From assembly GCF_046119375.1 (NCBI RefSeq), contig NW_027362771.1, forward strand, positions 532,952,001 to 533,016,000: a stretch of DNA of 64,000 nucleotides, in the 5' to 3' direction. Under the pieces are notes generated by a model that saw nothing but the letters and a program-made list of their open reading frames with translations, did no database searches and was not told the origin of the DNA. Below are positions 32,401 to 46,800 of this stretch, piece after piece. The stretch comes from Phyllobates terribilis. Taxonomy: Eukaryota. Numbering within the stretch: position 1 is the first letter of the stretch; each line of letters begins with the position of its first letter. A program made the position numbers and the translations under genes.

Positions 32401-35400
32401 TCTTGTGGGTGGTGTAGATCATAAAAACGTTCCTACAAAAACTGATTTTGAATGAAATCGCAATTACGGCTTGGCCAATTACTAACTTGTCCAGGCATTG
32501 GAACAGTAATTTTTTTTTTTTTTTTTTTTCATTTGGCCCCCATTAGCCCCAAAGAGTCTGTAAACAAACCAAACCATTGTTTTCAATCCTAAGAAGTTTT
32601 CTTCCTCTCTGTCCATGTCAAGATATCTGGACTTTCTCATGGTCATCTTCCTCCTAGTGGGCCAAGAGGTCTAAACAGTTGGTATAATCCATGTTCTAGT
32701 ACATCATGTAATAGCTGGCATAATATTAAAGTGGTTTTCTCCTCTTCAAAAAAAAAATCTTATACTCTCCTCCTGGACTGGCACAGCTACTCCGCACTTC
32801 CCATGGTGTTCCCTATCAGTCTCAACATCTGTAAGAGATGTTATGTGGTCAGAAAGGTGTCTTTATCATCAGCTGCAAGTTTGGGTTTCGAACACATTGG
32901 ACTGGAAACAGTGTGTGAAGGAGGCTGGTTGTCTTAACGCAATTGAAAAATCTCAGCCAGCCCCTTCTATCACAGCCAAGGCAGGAAATTGTGTCTTGCT
33001 TTTGATTGAGGCCCCAGTTGCCCGCTCAAATACATTTTTGTGGGGGGAGGGAGATGAAGCAATGCCTGGAGTTACACATTAAGAAAAAAGACTTGTCCCT
33101 TTTACATTTACAAGACTGCTAAAGTTCAGTGATGGGGACATGCAATTGTCCACAAAGTACCTTGTCTACATGGCCTTTTGGCTACTTGCGTCATCCCAGC
33201 CGTTGAGTCATGACCTCTAGTTACCTTCTTGTTGACTTGCTCTGCAGCAATGTTAATTACTGCTTGTTTGCTGCCAGGTATATGGCTTTATTAGAACGTG
33301 ACATCTTGTATTACAGATGGCTAATTTGTTCTTGGTGGCAGTTTCTATAAGTCCGCGGATGTGCTGGTATGGATCATATTCTTCTATAACATAGCCTCTC
33401 GGGTTTTTGCCAACTTTCCCACTTGTAAATGTTTATCAGATGGCTCCTCTCTCTAAATATTTAATCAGCAATCACTGGCATCCATGCAGGTTTACTCCTC
33501 ACCTCCTTGGGAGGGGAAATGGTTGCTTAATGCCTCCTCCAAGACCCTCTGTGCATAAATGATTATCAGGTAGTCTAATATGTCCCCACTGCCTGTGCTT
33601 TTCCACGCTTAGCCGTGTTGTGCTACAGATTCAGAGTTTATCATGTGTACAGCGTTTATTTCATAGAATCTGCTCCTCAAATATCACTTATATCGTATAG
33701 ATCTTGAAAAATTACCAATATTTTCCTTGAAAAGTTACATGCTGTAGCGCCACCTGGTGTTCATAGTGTATAGCAAAGTGCATGTCAACCACCATATGGG
33801 CGGAGTGCTGGAGGACGCGCATGCTCAATCACCCTCCCCACAGCAAGGTCTCTATGTAGAAATATCACTGCACATGCATACGCCGTCTATAGTGATTTTG
33901 TTTTGTTTTTTAAAGGCCTGCGCACACACTAGATTATTTCCATCCAGACTCGTCAATTTTGACTGTACTTGCAACTAATTTTATGTATATGTGGACCTTT
34001 CAGCAGATGTATGGGGTAGTGAGAATGTAAAACTGTTGGCCAAACAAGCATTATGGACTACACACTTGTACTATTTACTCTCTTTTGGCTTTTTGGCCTC
34101 CCAAGGTTTTTTTTTTTTTTTTCCCAGGATACACGCAAAATATACTTCACAATGATACTGTAAGCTTAGTCTCTCCTACCTTCAGGGGAAGGAAGAATAT
34201 TGTATTGCCAGCTGCCAGAGGGAGAAGGAGACTGATTACGCTCAGAAGCCTTGATCAGCAGCAGCAAAAAATGAGTTATTTTTTTTTATTAATGCTATAA
34301 ACGCTGAGGAGTATTCCAAAACGGGACATTTGGTATCAAAATGATCTATGGGATAACATCTGCAAATGAAGTTCCTCTTGTTATCCTAGTGCTGCAAAAT
34401 TTGGGATTGTAGGTAAAACTGTGTGCCGACCCCTCACATTTAAATTTGTTTATATTCATTTTTGGGGAAGGTATGTGGGATAAATTACTTGTAAACCTTG
34501 CTTAAAAGGATTGTCTTGTTTCCATGCCTAACTACTAGTAAGGATACCCATTAATTAAAAAAAAATAGATATATATTATGGCTCCACTCCTGACAAGTTA
34601 AAAGAATTTAGGTACAATTTTGTAGGGGTCTTCTCAACCCCCAGCACCAAATAAATGGGGCACTAAAAAGTCCTATTACAGGTGGAAAACAAGCCAAGGA
34701 AGGTAATATTTGAAGGTCTGCCCCCTGGCTTCTGCAGTAGGATTTAGGGTATGACTTTTAGGCCTTTTGCACAGATATCCATGGCTGGTTTAGGTGAGCA
34801 GACACGTTATGTTTGCGGATTCGTAGTATTACCACATAGCTTTATAAAGCACACATATTAGACCCGTACTTCAGGCCTTAAAAGGGAAACACTGCTGCTA
34901 GGAATAAAAATAACCTACACTTCGAGCCCCTTCTATATCACGGATAGGACTCATGGATTTTTGTTGTCTTCGGGGAAATAATGTGGGCGGTCATCATTCT
35001 GCAAATAGCTATAGATTCTCAGATAGAAGGAGTCTTTTCATGTGAATTCCACCGGCTTGGAAACGCCATAGCTGCTGCTCTTTATATTTTGCTCCCTATA
35101 TGGATTGACTTTTTGTATTGCAAAGCAGCAGGGTTTTCCCACAGTTTGCCTCTCTGCCCTCTATATAAACCAAGGAATACCCCAGTGTGCCCTCCGCACC
35201 TGATTCCCATACATGCGGAATGTAAAAGTATAAATCTGACGTTCCGTTGCCTTTTTTGGGGACATATTTCCTAAATTGCTTTCCTACTACTATGTTAATG
35301 GTTCTTGGCTATTGAAAAATCACTATTTGTTTTAGTATTACCTTAATTTTTATTCTTTTCACAAAAGAAATTGCCTTTTTTTACGCTTCCAAAAGATGAG

Positions 35401-37528
35401 AGCATGATGTTGAGCAGCTGGCACCGCATTCCAGATTCTTTTAGGAAGTTCTTGAAGGACTACGTGTCCCCCACCAGTGACCATTTTAACATGGAGTTAA
35501 ACCAATGCTGACGCGTTGTCACAAGGGTGAGCACCATGAACTTCCACATTTGTTACGAGAAAGTCCTGTGTTCTCATCACTTGAAATAAAAGGGGATTTC
35601 CAGGCGGAGTGGGTTATTCGAGTCACCGGCGACATTTGGTAAAGTTGCCCATAGACGTTAGATACTTTTTGGCATGATCCTCAGTCTAACGTGCACTGAT
35701 AAATGAAGTGAATACCATTGATTATCTGGTAACAAGAGATGAGCGCTATCGGGCAGCGAGTGAACTATCAGTTTTTGAAGTTGATGTAATGGAAGTAGAA
35801 TCTATGGGCGAGCGGAAAGATGGCCATGCACATGAAGATCACTGTCCGTGTAAACCGTAATGTGAGATACCAGTTGCACCCTCTGTTTTGGGCGGAGGGG
35901 GGGCTATCCCTGACCTTCCTCTCAACACTAGACGTCAGAGGTGGAAGGGTGGTAATGGGATCAGCTATGTTTCCATATGTCCAGCTTTTCGAATCCCAGG
36001 GGTTGTGGAAAGAGGTGCCTGGAAGTCTTATTCCCCCTTTCCTAAGCGTGCATGTTCATTGGAAAAGTATTGGATGAGAGAAATCTTTTGCCGAATGAGT
36101 GTAAGGCTGTCTGGTAGCCAGCTCCTTTAATTCTGCATCTGGAGGCAAACCGGGGCCAATGATGTAGTAGTGACCACAGACTTCTGCCTTGCATATGGGA
36201 GTGGAATATATACCATACCTGTTCTATTCATTCACCCCTATAAAGCCAAAGTATGGTAACAGATTGGGTCAGAATAAGAGTCATTCAAGGAGGGGACCGC
36301 AGGAGAACCAGCAATGGGGTGATGGCCACTCAAGGATTGGAAGCTACAAGAGTTACTGTGTCATAAACTTCCAGAAGCCTACTGGTTTAGGATAGAAAGG
36401 TAGCAGATCACACAGATTGCAGTTCGCTGTTTATGGACCTGCATAGCTGCAGACCAGTAAAACGGACTATGCGGATCCCTATCTATATCTACAATGGCCC
36501 TGTTAACATCACAACTGGGACATAGAGTAATCGAAGAGGTGGCCTGGTTTAATAGTGCATCTAGATGCTGCATGATGACCAAGCCGGTGAAGGCAGTCCG
36601 ATGCTTTGGGCAATGCTCTGTTGGGGCAACCTTGTTTCCTGGCATTCATATGGATGAAACTTTTAAACCTACCTAATTATTGCACAAGCCAAGTACACCT
36701 CTTTATGACCATGCCCTATGTTAGCGGGATAGTGCCCCCTGCCACGTTGTCCTATTTCTCAATCCATTCCTTAACAATTTTGGCTCCAAATTCCCTGGAT
36801 CTTAAAGGTGTTGTCTAAATAGTCTTAAGTGGAACAGGGCCCCATTGAAAATTAGCTAGTACTCTCCTCCCAGGCCGGCGATGTTCCAGTGATATCAGCA
36901 CCACCAGGTCTCCCAAGATTCACGTGACCTAAGTCAACGGCCGCTAATGGACTGCTTCACTAGCACTTCCCTCGGAACAAACTTGAGGACATCTAGGGAA
37001 GGTGCGAGTGCTGCTGAGTATTGACGAGTTCTGGCAGACACAGCACCGACATCTCTGGAATGTCGCCAGTTCAGGAGCAGAGTGTATGCTTTTTTTATTT
37101 TACATGGGGTCCTGTTAAATTTAAAGTTGTCCAAGTAGTGGACAACCCTTATAATTCGGAGATTATCTTATACATTAGTCCTCATAACTTAACGACCTGC
37201 TTCAAATCTATTGGTACCATATGCCCTAAAATCTTCAAATATTACGTGAAGTCATTGATGGGGCAGAATTAGTTTTTGAGGCACAAATGAGGTTGTACAC
37301 AATATTTGGCAGATGTCCTAGCAGATCTTTACTGTTTACCAAAAGGTTAAGATTAAGAACTATTTTACATCAATGGCCAGTATAGTAAAGCTATTGGATT
37401 GCCTAAATCCGCTTTCCAAATATTTTTAAAAGGGGGCACAGAGCAATATTGCATTTATGTAAAATCATTTATGGTCACCAGCAGGGCTGTGGAGAGTCGG
37501 TATAAAATGGACCGACTCCTAAAATACA

Positions 37529-37754
37529 CACTGCTCAAAAAAAATAAAGGGAACACTGAAATAACACATCCTAGATCTGAATGAATGAAATATTCTCATT
37601 GAATACTTTGTTCTGTACAAAGTTGAATGTGCTGACAACAAAATCACACAAAAATCATCAATGGAAATCAAATTTATTAACCAATGGAGGCCTGGATTTG
37701 GAGTCACCCCCAAAATTAAAGTGGAAAAACACACTACAGGCTGATCCAACTTTG
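37529..37754 (+). mobile_element. Tc1/mariner left-end fragment
   Basis: CACTGCTCAAAAAAA(A)TAAAGGGAACACT terminus that I recognise from vertebrate Tc1 elements; no transposase or right TIR follows. Confidence 0.65.
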
Positions 37755-38216
37755 TACTGTTTTTGCCCGCAACTTTGTCCGTGTTTTTCATCTTGGGGCC
37801 CACTGTGTGTTTGAGTGTGACGTCCCCCCCCCCCCTGTCCATGATTTGTGCTTATCTTATGTACAGTATGTGTGTGTTGCCTGATCATTGCTGAAGTGCC
37901 AGCAGGTTTACGACCTGTTATAAAAATCAGATCAGCAGGAAGCCAACTTCTGAGGACCCCCCCTCCCCACAGGTTTTAGAAAGGTGGAGTTCCTGCTACC
38001 CTGCTTTCTGTGGAGTGTGTGTGGTCCCTTTTATGTTAGATTGCCTTTTTTGCATTCCTAATTTTTTTTTTTTTTCACTGTTAATGAAATCACCAGAAAA
38101 TAGAATTCCTTTTCTACCATGATGGTCCTGGGTGGAGCACATTTAGTTGACTTTCTTAGTGGCTGCACAAAATATCTGGGCACTCGGGGCTGTAATTATA
38201 TTTGTTTGTGTGTGAC

Positions 38217-40885
38217 ATTATTATTATTATTTATTATTATAGCGCCATTTATTCCATGGCGCTTTACATGTGAAAAAGGGGGTATAATACAAGAACAATT
38301 TCAATAATCTTGAACACAATGTGACAGCGACTGGTACAGGCGGAGCGAGGACCCTGCCCGCGAGGGCTCACAATCTACGAGGGATGGGTGAGGGTAGAGC
38401 TGGTCGTGCAGCGGTATGGTGGAGCGGTGGTTACTGCAGGTTGTAGGCTTGTCGGAAGAGGTGGGTCTTCAGGTTCCTTTTGAAGGTTTCCACGGTAGGC
38501 GAGAGTCTGATTCGTTGGGGTAGAGAGTTCCAGAGTAGGGCGGAAGCACGGGAGAAATCTTGTATACGGTTGTGGGAGGAGGAGATAAGAGGGGAGTAGA
38601 GCAGGAGATCTTGTGAGGATCGGAGGTTGCGTGCAGGTATGTAACGGGAGACTAGGTCGGAGATATATGGAGGAGACAGGTTGTGAATGGCTTTGTATGT
38701 CATGGTTAGGGTTTTGAACTGGAGTCTCTGAGCAATGGGGAGCCAGCGAAGAGATTGACAGAGAGGAGAGGCCGGGGAATAGCGGGGGGACAGGTTGATT
38801 AGTCGAGCAGCAGAGTTTATGATAGATTGGAGGGGTGCGAGAGTGTTAGAGGGGAGGCCACAGAGCAGGAGGTTGCAGTAGTCAAGGCGGGAGATGATGA
38901 GGGCGTGCACTAGTGTTTTTGCAGATTCATGGTTTAGGAATGTGCGGATCCGGGAGATATTTTTGAGTTGGAGTCGGCAGGAAGTGGAAAGGGCTTGGAT
39001 ATGTGGTTTGAAGGAGAGTTCCGAGTCCAGGGTTACCCCAAGGCAGCGGGCTTGAGGGACTTGGGAGAGTGGGCGGCCATTGACTATGATGGATAGGTCA
39101 GTTGGGAGGGTTGAATGAGATGGCGGAAAGATGATGAATTCTGTTTTGTCCATGTTAAGTTTTAGAAATCTAGCAGAGAAGAAGGATGAAATAGCAGACA
39201 GACATTGTGGGATTTTGGTTAATACGGAGGTGATATCGGGTCCAGAGAGGTAGATCTGTGTGTCATCAGCATAGAGGTGATAATGAAAGCCATGAGACTC
39301 TATGAGCTGTCCCAGGCCTAGGGTGTAGATGGAGAAGAGCAGGGGTCCTAGAACTGAACCTTGGGGGACACCGACAGATAGGGGGCGAGATGAAGAGGTG
39401 GTGTGGGAGACACTGAATGTCCGGTCAGTTAGGTATGAGGAGATCCAGGATAGGGCCAAGTCTGTGATGCCGAGAGATGAGAGAGTCTGTAGTAAGAGGG
39501 AATGGTCCACTGTGTCAAAGGCAGATGACAGGTCTAGGAGGAGGAGGACAGAGTAGTGTCGCTTAGATTTGGCGGTTAGTAGGTCGTTTGTGACTTTAGT
39601 CAGTGCAGTTTCAGTAGAATGGTGCGGTCGGAAACCAGATTGTAGGCGGTCAAAGAGGGAGCAGGAGGACAGGTGGGAGGACAGTTCAGAATGGACATGT
39701 TGTTCCAGTAGTTTTGAGGCATAGGGGAGAAGTGATATGGGGCGATAGCTAGACACAGAGGATGGGTCAAGGGAGGGCTTTTTGAGGATGGGTGTGATTG
39801 AGGCATGTTTGTAACATGAGGGGAAGACACCAGTTGTTAGTGACAGGTTGAAGAGGTGGGCTAGGTTTGGGATGAGGTGGGACGGGATTGGGTCAAGTTT
39901 ACAGGTGGTGAGGTGTGATTTGGAGAGTAAGGAGGAAAGTTGATCTTCAGAAATGGTGGAGAATGTAGTTTTGGAGGAGGAGGGTTGAGTAGGTGTGGGG
40001 AGGGGCTGTGGGGGCTTTAGGCAAAAGCTTTGTCTGATGGTGTCAATCTTCTGCTTGAAGAATGAGGCAAAGTCTTCGGCTGAAATAAGAGGAGAGGGAG
40101 GAGGCACTGGGGGACGGAGGAGAGAATTGAAGGTGTTGAATAGTTTGGGGTTGTGGGACAGGGAGGATATGAGAGATGTGAAGTATGTTTGTTTTGCTGC
40201 AGTGAGTGTGGACTTGAAGGTAGTGAGGGACTGTTTGAATGCGATGAAGTGCTCATGGGAGTGGGACCTTTTCCATCTACGTTCAGCAACCCTGGAGGCC
40301 CGTCGCAGTTCTTTAGTTAGGCTGGTGTGCCAGGGTTGTCTGTTGATTGTGCGAGTCTTGGTATGCGTGAGGGGGGCGACCGAATCGAGAGCTGCAGCTG
40401 TTGTGGTGTTGTATAAAGTGGCAGCAGCATCTGCATCATGTAAGGAACTAATGTCTGTAAGAGGGAGGAGGGATTCAGAGAGAGAGTGTAGGTCAAGGTG
40501 TTTGAGATTTCTACGAGGGTATTCAAGTTTGTGGAGTGGGGATTGCTGCCCCAGGGAGGAGAGAGAAGAGAAAGTGAGTAGGTTGTGGTCAGAGAGAGAG
40601 GTGAGTTAGAGAGGTTAGATAGGGAACAGAGGCGGGTGAAGATGAGGTCCAGCGTGTGGCCGTCTTTGTGGGTGGGTGTGGAAGACCTCTGGGTAAGACC
40701 AAAGGAGGAAGTGAGGGATAGAAGCTTAGAGGCAGCTGAGAGGGAAGTATCAATGGGGATGTTAAAGTCGCCCATGAGGATAGTGGGGATGTCAACAGAG
40801 GAAATGAAGTAGCCAAGTGGTGAAGTGGTCAAAGAAAGTGGTGGCTGATCCTGGGGGGCGGTAGATTACAGCCAGTTGGAGGGGG
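38217..40885 (-). mobile_element. 5'-truncated young L2-clade LINE, antisense in the presumed ZMIZ2 intron
   Basis: Partial APE endonuclease (GDFN, THKDGHTLDLIF, DH), RT, 3' stem-loop AGCGCCAT-GGAATAA-ATGGCGCT (38241-38263), (TAA)n tail, GACATT at both junctions (38214-38219 / 40885-40890). Confidence 0.93.
38431..40590 (-). CDS. L2 ORF2 reverse transcriptase; frame open from ~40590, endonuclease part frameshifted
   Basis: [55 protein letters not shown]; I read no stop between 40590 and the listed GTG start at 40107. Confidence 0.88.
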   Translation of the reverse strand, partial: DHNLLTFSSLSSLGQQSPLHKLEYPRRNLKHLDLHSLSESLLPLTDISSLHDADAAATLYNTTTAAALDSVAPLTHTKTRTINRQPWHTSLTKELRRASRVAERRWKRSHSHEHFIAFKQSLTTFKSTLTAAKQTYFTSLISSLSHNPKLFNTFNSLLRPPVPPPSPLISAEDFASFFKQKIDTIRQSFCLKPPQPLPTPTQPSSSKTTFSTISEDQLSSLLSKSHLTTCKLDPIPSHLIPNLAHLFNLSLTTGVFPSCYKHASITPILKKPSLDPSSVSSYRPISLLPYASKLLEQHVHSELSSHLSSCSLFDRLQSGFRPHHSTETALTKVTNDLLTAKSKRHYSVLLLLDLSSAFDTVDHSLLLQTLSSLGITDLALSWISSYLTDRTFSVSHTTSSSRPLSVGVPQGSVLGPLLFSIYTLGLGQLIESHGFHYHLYADDTQIYLSGPDITSVLTKIPQCLSAISSFFSARFLKLNMDKTEFIIFPPSHSTLPTDLSIIVNGRPLSQVPQARCLGVTLDSELSFKPHIQALSTSCRLQLKNISRIRTFLNHESAKTLVHALIISRLDYCNLLLCGLPSNTLAPLQSIINSAARLINLSPRYSPASPLCQSLRWLPIAQRLQFKTLTMTYKAIHNLSPPYISDLVSRYIPARNLRSSQDLLLYSPLISSSHNRIQDFSRASALLWNSLPQRIRLSPTVETFKRNLKTHLFRQAYNLQ

Positions 40886-43800
40886 ACATTGTAATGAGCT
40901 TCCATTCTATTTGCTCATCTTCACTCAGTTGTGGTAGAGGCTAACATCTCTGTAACTCAAATGACCCTTCAGCCTTGGTTTCTATTGGAGTCCCTCAGAT
41001 GCCATATTGTCACACATGAAGGGGTTTCCTTAAGATTTTGACTCCGTCACACCAGTATCCACATGTGGACAGTGACTTGGGCCCAAGCATTTAAAGAAAA
41101 CCTATTTTACTCTATTCATGCTGCCCAAACAACGGGAAGCATGAATCCGAAACTGGCTGCACAATTGTAGCAGGTATGGTGTTTGTTTTTTCTCCAAACC
41201 CTCCAGAGGGAGGGGAACATAGTTTGAAGATCTGGCCGGGCACCATGGGGAGAGATAAGACTAGTCCGGCATCGGGCCCCATGTGTGTATTTAACAAGAT
41301 GCCTATCAATCACCTATAGTGATATGGGGATTAGCCAGCCGGGCCCGCCCCAGACTAGTCTAGTCTCTCCCTATTATCGTCCAAACTACATTTTTTTTTT
41401 TTTTTTTTTCTGTTCTGGAACGCTGGAGCAGCATGAATCGAGTGACTGGTTCCCGTTTAAGCACATGCATATTCTGCTTCAATATCCTAAATTTTAAGCA
41501 ATTCTAACTTGTTTGTGGTAATAGGGCTTGTCCGGGACCTTTCCTGTCAATGGAGATGCACTTTGGCGCAGCCTTCGTTTGCCTGGCGTGTCCATATAGT
41601 TCATAGGGTATATACCAGTATACGGTATAGGTTGCAGTGACAAATGACGTGTGATACCTTTGAAGGGGAAGAGCTTCACAAGACTGTATCCCTCAAGGGC
41701 CTTCACTCGGGCCTTAATATGGTACATTGGTCAAAAGTACAAATGTCCGCCCCCCCCCCCCCCCCCCTCCTTGTGTTTTATACAAAATGTTCTGTCACAG
41801 CGGATGGCTCTGCGGCTCGGTGTCGCGGGCTTTGGCTTCCTCCTGTGCCCATGTCACCATGATATGATGGACTACCTCCTTTCCTCATGATACTACATGT
41901 TTGCCCTGTGGCACTGACTGACTACAAAGCTCATCATCCTGCTCCTGTAGTGCCTGTGTGACACAGATAGGGCCGAGACGGGGGAGGTGTGACAGGCTAC
42001 CTCAGGCAAAGGCTTTGCACAGCAGGTTGGACAGGGAGGGGGCAGGGAGAGAATTGGCAGAAGTCTTGTGCATTTAAATAATTGGGAGAATTCCAAGTAT
42101 CTCGTGTGACAAGCAAGAGAATTGTTCAAGGAGGGAAAGATGGGGGAGAAACTGGACTGATGGAGCGGAGAATTCCCTAGTGGAGAGGAGATAAGAACTT
42201 GGCTTGGGTGAGGAGAGTTGTGGGACAAAAGTGTGGCTGTCGGGGGTGGTAGTCTTGCCTTATGTAAGTATAGACATTGGGTTAAAATACAATAAAAAAA
42301 TTGGAATTCCTTGTTTCTAACAAATGTCTAATTTTTCTTTTTCCCCAAATTTTTAGGAATAAAAAAAACTGTATGGGATATTGTACTTCATGTATGTAGT
42401 CATTGGCACATATCTGTTGCATGGCAGCTTTGACTGGTACATGAGTCACACAGCGAAATTTCGCTGTATGTCGCTGGTACATTGCAGCATAATGCAAGTG
42501 AATTGGGCCACATTGTGACCTGCAAGGTATCGAGACAACCAAGTCATAAAGGACAGAACTTTTTTATTTCTTGCTTGTTGCAGCAGCAGTACCTGCCCGA
42601 TCCCATTCACCTGCATTATGTAGCCTCAGCCTAAGGCCACGGCCCCACTATCAGTATTTGGTCAGTATTTTTTTCTCAGGAGTGGGTGATAAATGCAGAA
42701 TTGGTGACTTGTTTCTATTATACCTTTTCTCTGATTGTTCCTCACCTGGTTATGGCTGTCATTTGTCTTCTCCCAAGGGCTATAAATCTATCCTGGGTAT
42801 GTAATGGGCACCCGGGGCTCCTTACATACTGTAGCGATCCGTGCACCCTCGTTATCATCACTTAACCAGGACATTGGACAATGAAAGTCTCAGCAAGCAG
42901 AGATCTTGAAATCACAATGAATTGCCTAAAACTAATTAAAAAAAAATAATTTTTTAAAGATTTTTTTACACAACCCACTGTTTCTCTGTGAATCTGTCAG
43001 CAGACTACAGGCTGCTGCTTATGGTCCATACGCCAGCGTTTCTGAACAGTAATCCATTTGATATGGTGTAGAGAAAATCTTTAACTCCCAAAATTTCCAC
43101 TGCCGGCTCTGTTTCGGACTCTCCTTGCAGCACATGGACTGACATAGGGAGAGTAAAGAGGCACGTGTCCCTAAATATTATCTGTTTATTGACTAGCATA
43201 TATAATGTGCCTATAGACTGTGTGGAGTCCCAAAATGTGGACAGCATTTTCCCGGAGTGTGTTGTAGACAGTCGCCGAGGTCTCCAGGATATAGAATGTG
43301 CCGGTTTGGCTTGTGGATATTGACACCAGAGTTGCTTATGATGTCTGCATATTCATGATTACTGCTTCCAGTTCTCACCCTACCAGTATGGAAGCACAGA
43401 GGGTTTATCTCTGACCCTATGCCAATATGTGGTTTCCTTCCATATTCTGGCTCCTGGCTAATTTGTCCCTAGGGGCTGAGGAGTGTTTGGGCATGAATGT
43501 ATGATGGCGCCACTTACCGGCTCCACTGTGGCCGGCGCTGATGAGGCGAAATTAATATTTACCTAATGGGTTATTTACATCTATCTGCACCATCAAAGAT
43601 GACGTGTTCTCGGAAAGCATGAGCCCACCAGGCACGGGGCAAAATGGTGGATAGCTGTCTAGAATAGAAGTCTATAATCTGAGGGGCATTAGTTTCTAGA
43701 TGTTCTGTCTCAAATGGCACAAAATTGATGTTTCCAATAGATGGAAAACGCCATTCGTACATGGAAAAAGTCACAAGGGGTTGTTCAGTACAGGACACCC

Positions 43801-46800
43801 CCCCTTCGTAATGGACCTGGGCAGGTGGGTGAAATATGTCTACGGAAGTATTTACCTACAAGACCCTCTAAACTCTGAGTTCCCCATCGGTCCCCCTGAT
43901 ATTAACATCCAACGTACGGGCTGCAGTCAAAGGGGATTGTCAATCATTATTCCGTGAATGAAGTATATTCATTGTTTAATGAATTTTTGCCACTTTCTAT
44001 CTATTTTTCACTACTTTGAAGATCTCTGCTTGTTGTCAGTGAATCGAAACTTTCTTCATTACGTCAGATTCACAAAATTAAGGTTTTGTAAGGTGTTTAG
44101 TTTGGGGCATGCTACATTGGTGCAATTAATAATATACTAGAAACACTGACAAAGTGTTTGAGATTTCCGCAGATCTAAAAATTGTGTTCAGACAGGCTTA
44201 TTTCACTGTGCGTATAAAGATTGCAATGCCTGGACTAATTGCGGGTCTCCCGATCTGAACTTTCAGCCTTATAGGCACACAGGAGGTTGTAAGTTTGGAT
44301 CTAGAGACCCCGAGGTCCTACCAGGACCATAATGTCTTGTTTTGGGAATGTGGTGGTCCCAGCGATCCAATCCCTGCTAATGTTTATTGACCGGTCATAC
44401 CTAAGGATCACAAATTACTGTGGTGGGAAAACTTTAGTGGCACGCCCACCCGAGTCGGTCCGTTTTTAGGTATGCTTTCCATTCATTGACAGCAAACATA
44501 AGACTTCTTTCTACAGATGGATGTAGATAACCTTGGATGATATGTGAGCTGTAATAATACAGAATGTATCTAAAGGAATTGTTGGCATCGGACAATCCCT
44601 TTTTTGTCCTCTCCTAAGCTCGTAACAGGATGTCCTGCTGCAGGAAAATCCAGCGGTCAAGTGTTTTATCTCCTACTAGCGCCACCGCAGGGGAAATTAT
44701 GCATTACGCAGTTGTCATTGAATTCATTGGGCTGAGTTTTCAATGGATGAAAATATCTGTTCTCCCGGAACGCGAGATTCCGAACTGAATGTTTAAAAAG
44801 TTCTCTCATTTTGAAAGAGGATTGTGTTGTTTGAATCCCTCTTTTAAAGAGTTTCAACAAAAGCAATGTTTTCTGTAGACCGAAGTGCCCTAATGTATGG
44901 GTGTATATACCAGTAGTCCCTGATCTAGATCCTAGTGGTCTGACGACTGGGAGTGAAGAGGTGGCAGCACTGGTGTAGTGGGACGTATAGGTGGGCTGAT
45001 CCTGCTAACACATACACAAGTCGTTCAGTGCTCGTTTTTTGGCCTTTGACTGGAACAGAACAACGCGGTTGGTAATACTATAGTTCTGTCCCCATACCTC
45101 ATCGTGTCGGCAGTACGTCCTCCATATATCCCGTGCAATGTGTGGCTGAGCCCCAGGTTCTCCAAGGCTACAAAACGAGGCAGCTTTGTCTCTGCAGCAT
45201 CGGAGGAGCCCTGAACCTGGACTTCTTTAGAGCTTCACTTGCAAGCTGTGTACTAAGAGTTTGCACGCATACTCTCCTTGCCAAGGAGTCTAGCCACCGC
45301 TATTAGACTGCAGAGGTGGCTGGTAACATTTGCAACGAGTAGGGAACCATAGAAAATAAAAATCCCTCTGTCCTTGGAAGCAGAGAAATTTTATAATACG
45401 AGGAAAGTAGCTGGTTCTTACACTTTGCAATTTTACCACGTGTATGTATATGTTCACATATGTATACATTTTCTCCTTGTGTGTCTGAGGAGCTGCATGA
45501 ATTATTAATGTATCCATTCTAGGAAGTCGTCATTTTGCGTTGTAGCTACTCCTGGCTCTGAGATCCAGCCCGACACCCACACTAGAAAGTCATGACGCCA
45601 CAACGGGGTCATATGTCCATGAGTCACATGAACTTCAGAACTGGTTGAGTGGTTGTGACAGCGCACAATCTAGGTTGTCACACTATGGTGAGTACAATGC
45701 TATATTGTATTGCGGTCACTTCTCTGTATATTCGGAACTTGATAAAGTCCCAATGCTTTCTCCGTTTGGCTGTACCCATCTTTTTCTGGGTGATCTTTAT
45801 GGCTGTTGTCATCATCACTGCTTCCGAACTTCATTACAGGACTTTGTTTCCTATCATTCTGATCTGCAAGTAAAATTCTCATCATTTTAGTAGTATGGCT
45901 GTATTAGTTAGACGCAAAGAGCGGTATTAATTGTCATCCAGGTCCCCCCCCTCCCCACTTTTCAATCATATTTTTATTGAACATCCGGGTTTTTAATGAG
46001 CGAACCTGGCCCTACACATAAGATGGGTATTGCCCCAACATGTCTGTTTATTTCCATGGGGGGACAGAGAAAAGTGGCTGCTCGCCTACTTGGTAATGAA
46101 TGTTGCTATCCAAGCTAGCTGATTTCGGAGTCAGGTGGAAGACTTCCATATCGTTTTGTGCACATAAAATACACCATTCCATGCAATAGATATATCCGCA
46201 CCTTGGCTGCTAAATCCAGAATTCCTCCATTGACAGTGTCTGGCAGCCATTTGTATTACCACGCTATTGTAAGAGGGACGAGAGGGTTATAATGTCTTAA
46301 CTATACATATACATTTTTTTTTTTTTTTTACATGGTGGCCTCAGGGTTCGAGGACAGGATGAGGTGGTAGCTCTGGGTTTATTCTAGTGTTGCAGAGGTG
46401 ATGTGTAAAACAGATGCCGCTCTGGATGTGTAGGGTATGGCGAGGATGCTGCGGCACAAGAGAGAATACAATGTGGATTGCAGCATTTTTAGTTTTTAAG
46501 CATTTGGTTTATGTGTGAAAAATAGGGAGGGGTTGTGAGGGATGGAGGGGTACTGTGCTTTGAAGGAGAGGGGTGGGGGGTGCTCGTACATTTTTGTGTT
46601 TGGGTTGGACAGAGAGATCCTGGTGAGAGAGAACAAGACAGAACCCGATGTTCCAGGGACATGACGGAGAGGAGGAGGGAGGGGGAGCATCATGAGGATT
46701 TGTGTAGAGATGCCAGCCGTACATACTGCAATACAGCTATTAACCCTGTCTACGTGCCTTTTGTAGACAACTTCCCGACTGGTTCTTTGGACCAAACTTG

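Noticed and set aside
35396-35526. Exon-like segment (pyrimidine tract plus AAAG acceptor, AAGG|GTGAGC donor) with a short ATG ORF
   Set aside because: Could be a ZMIZ2 5'UTR exon, but splice-like motifs alone are insufficient and I see no homology support.
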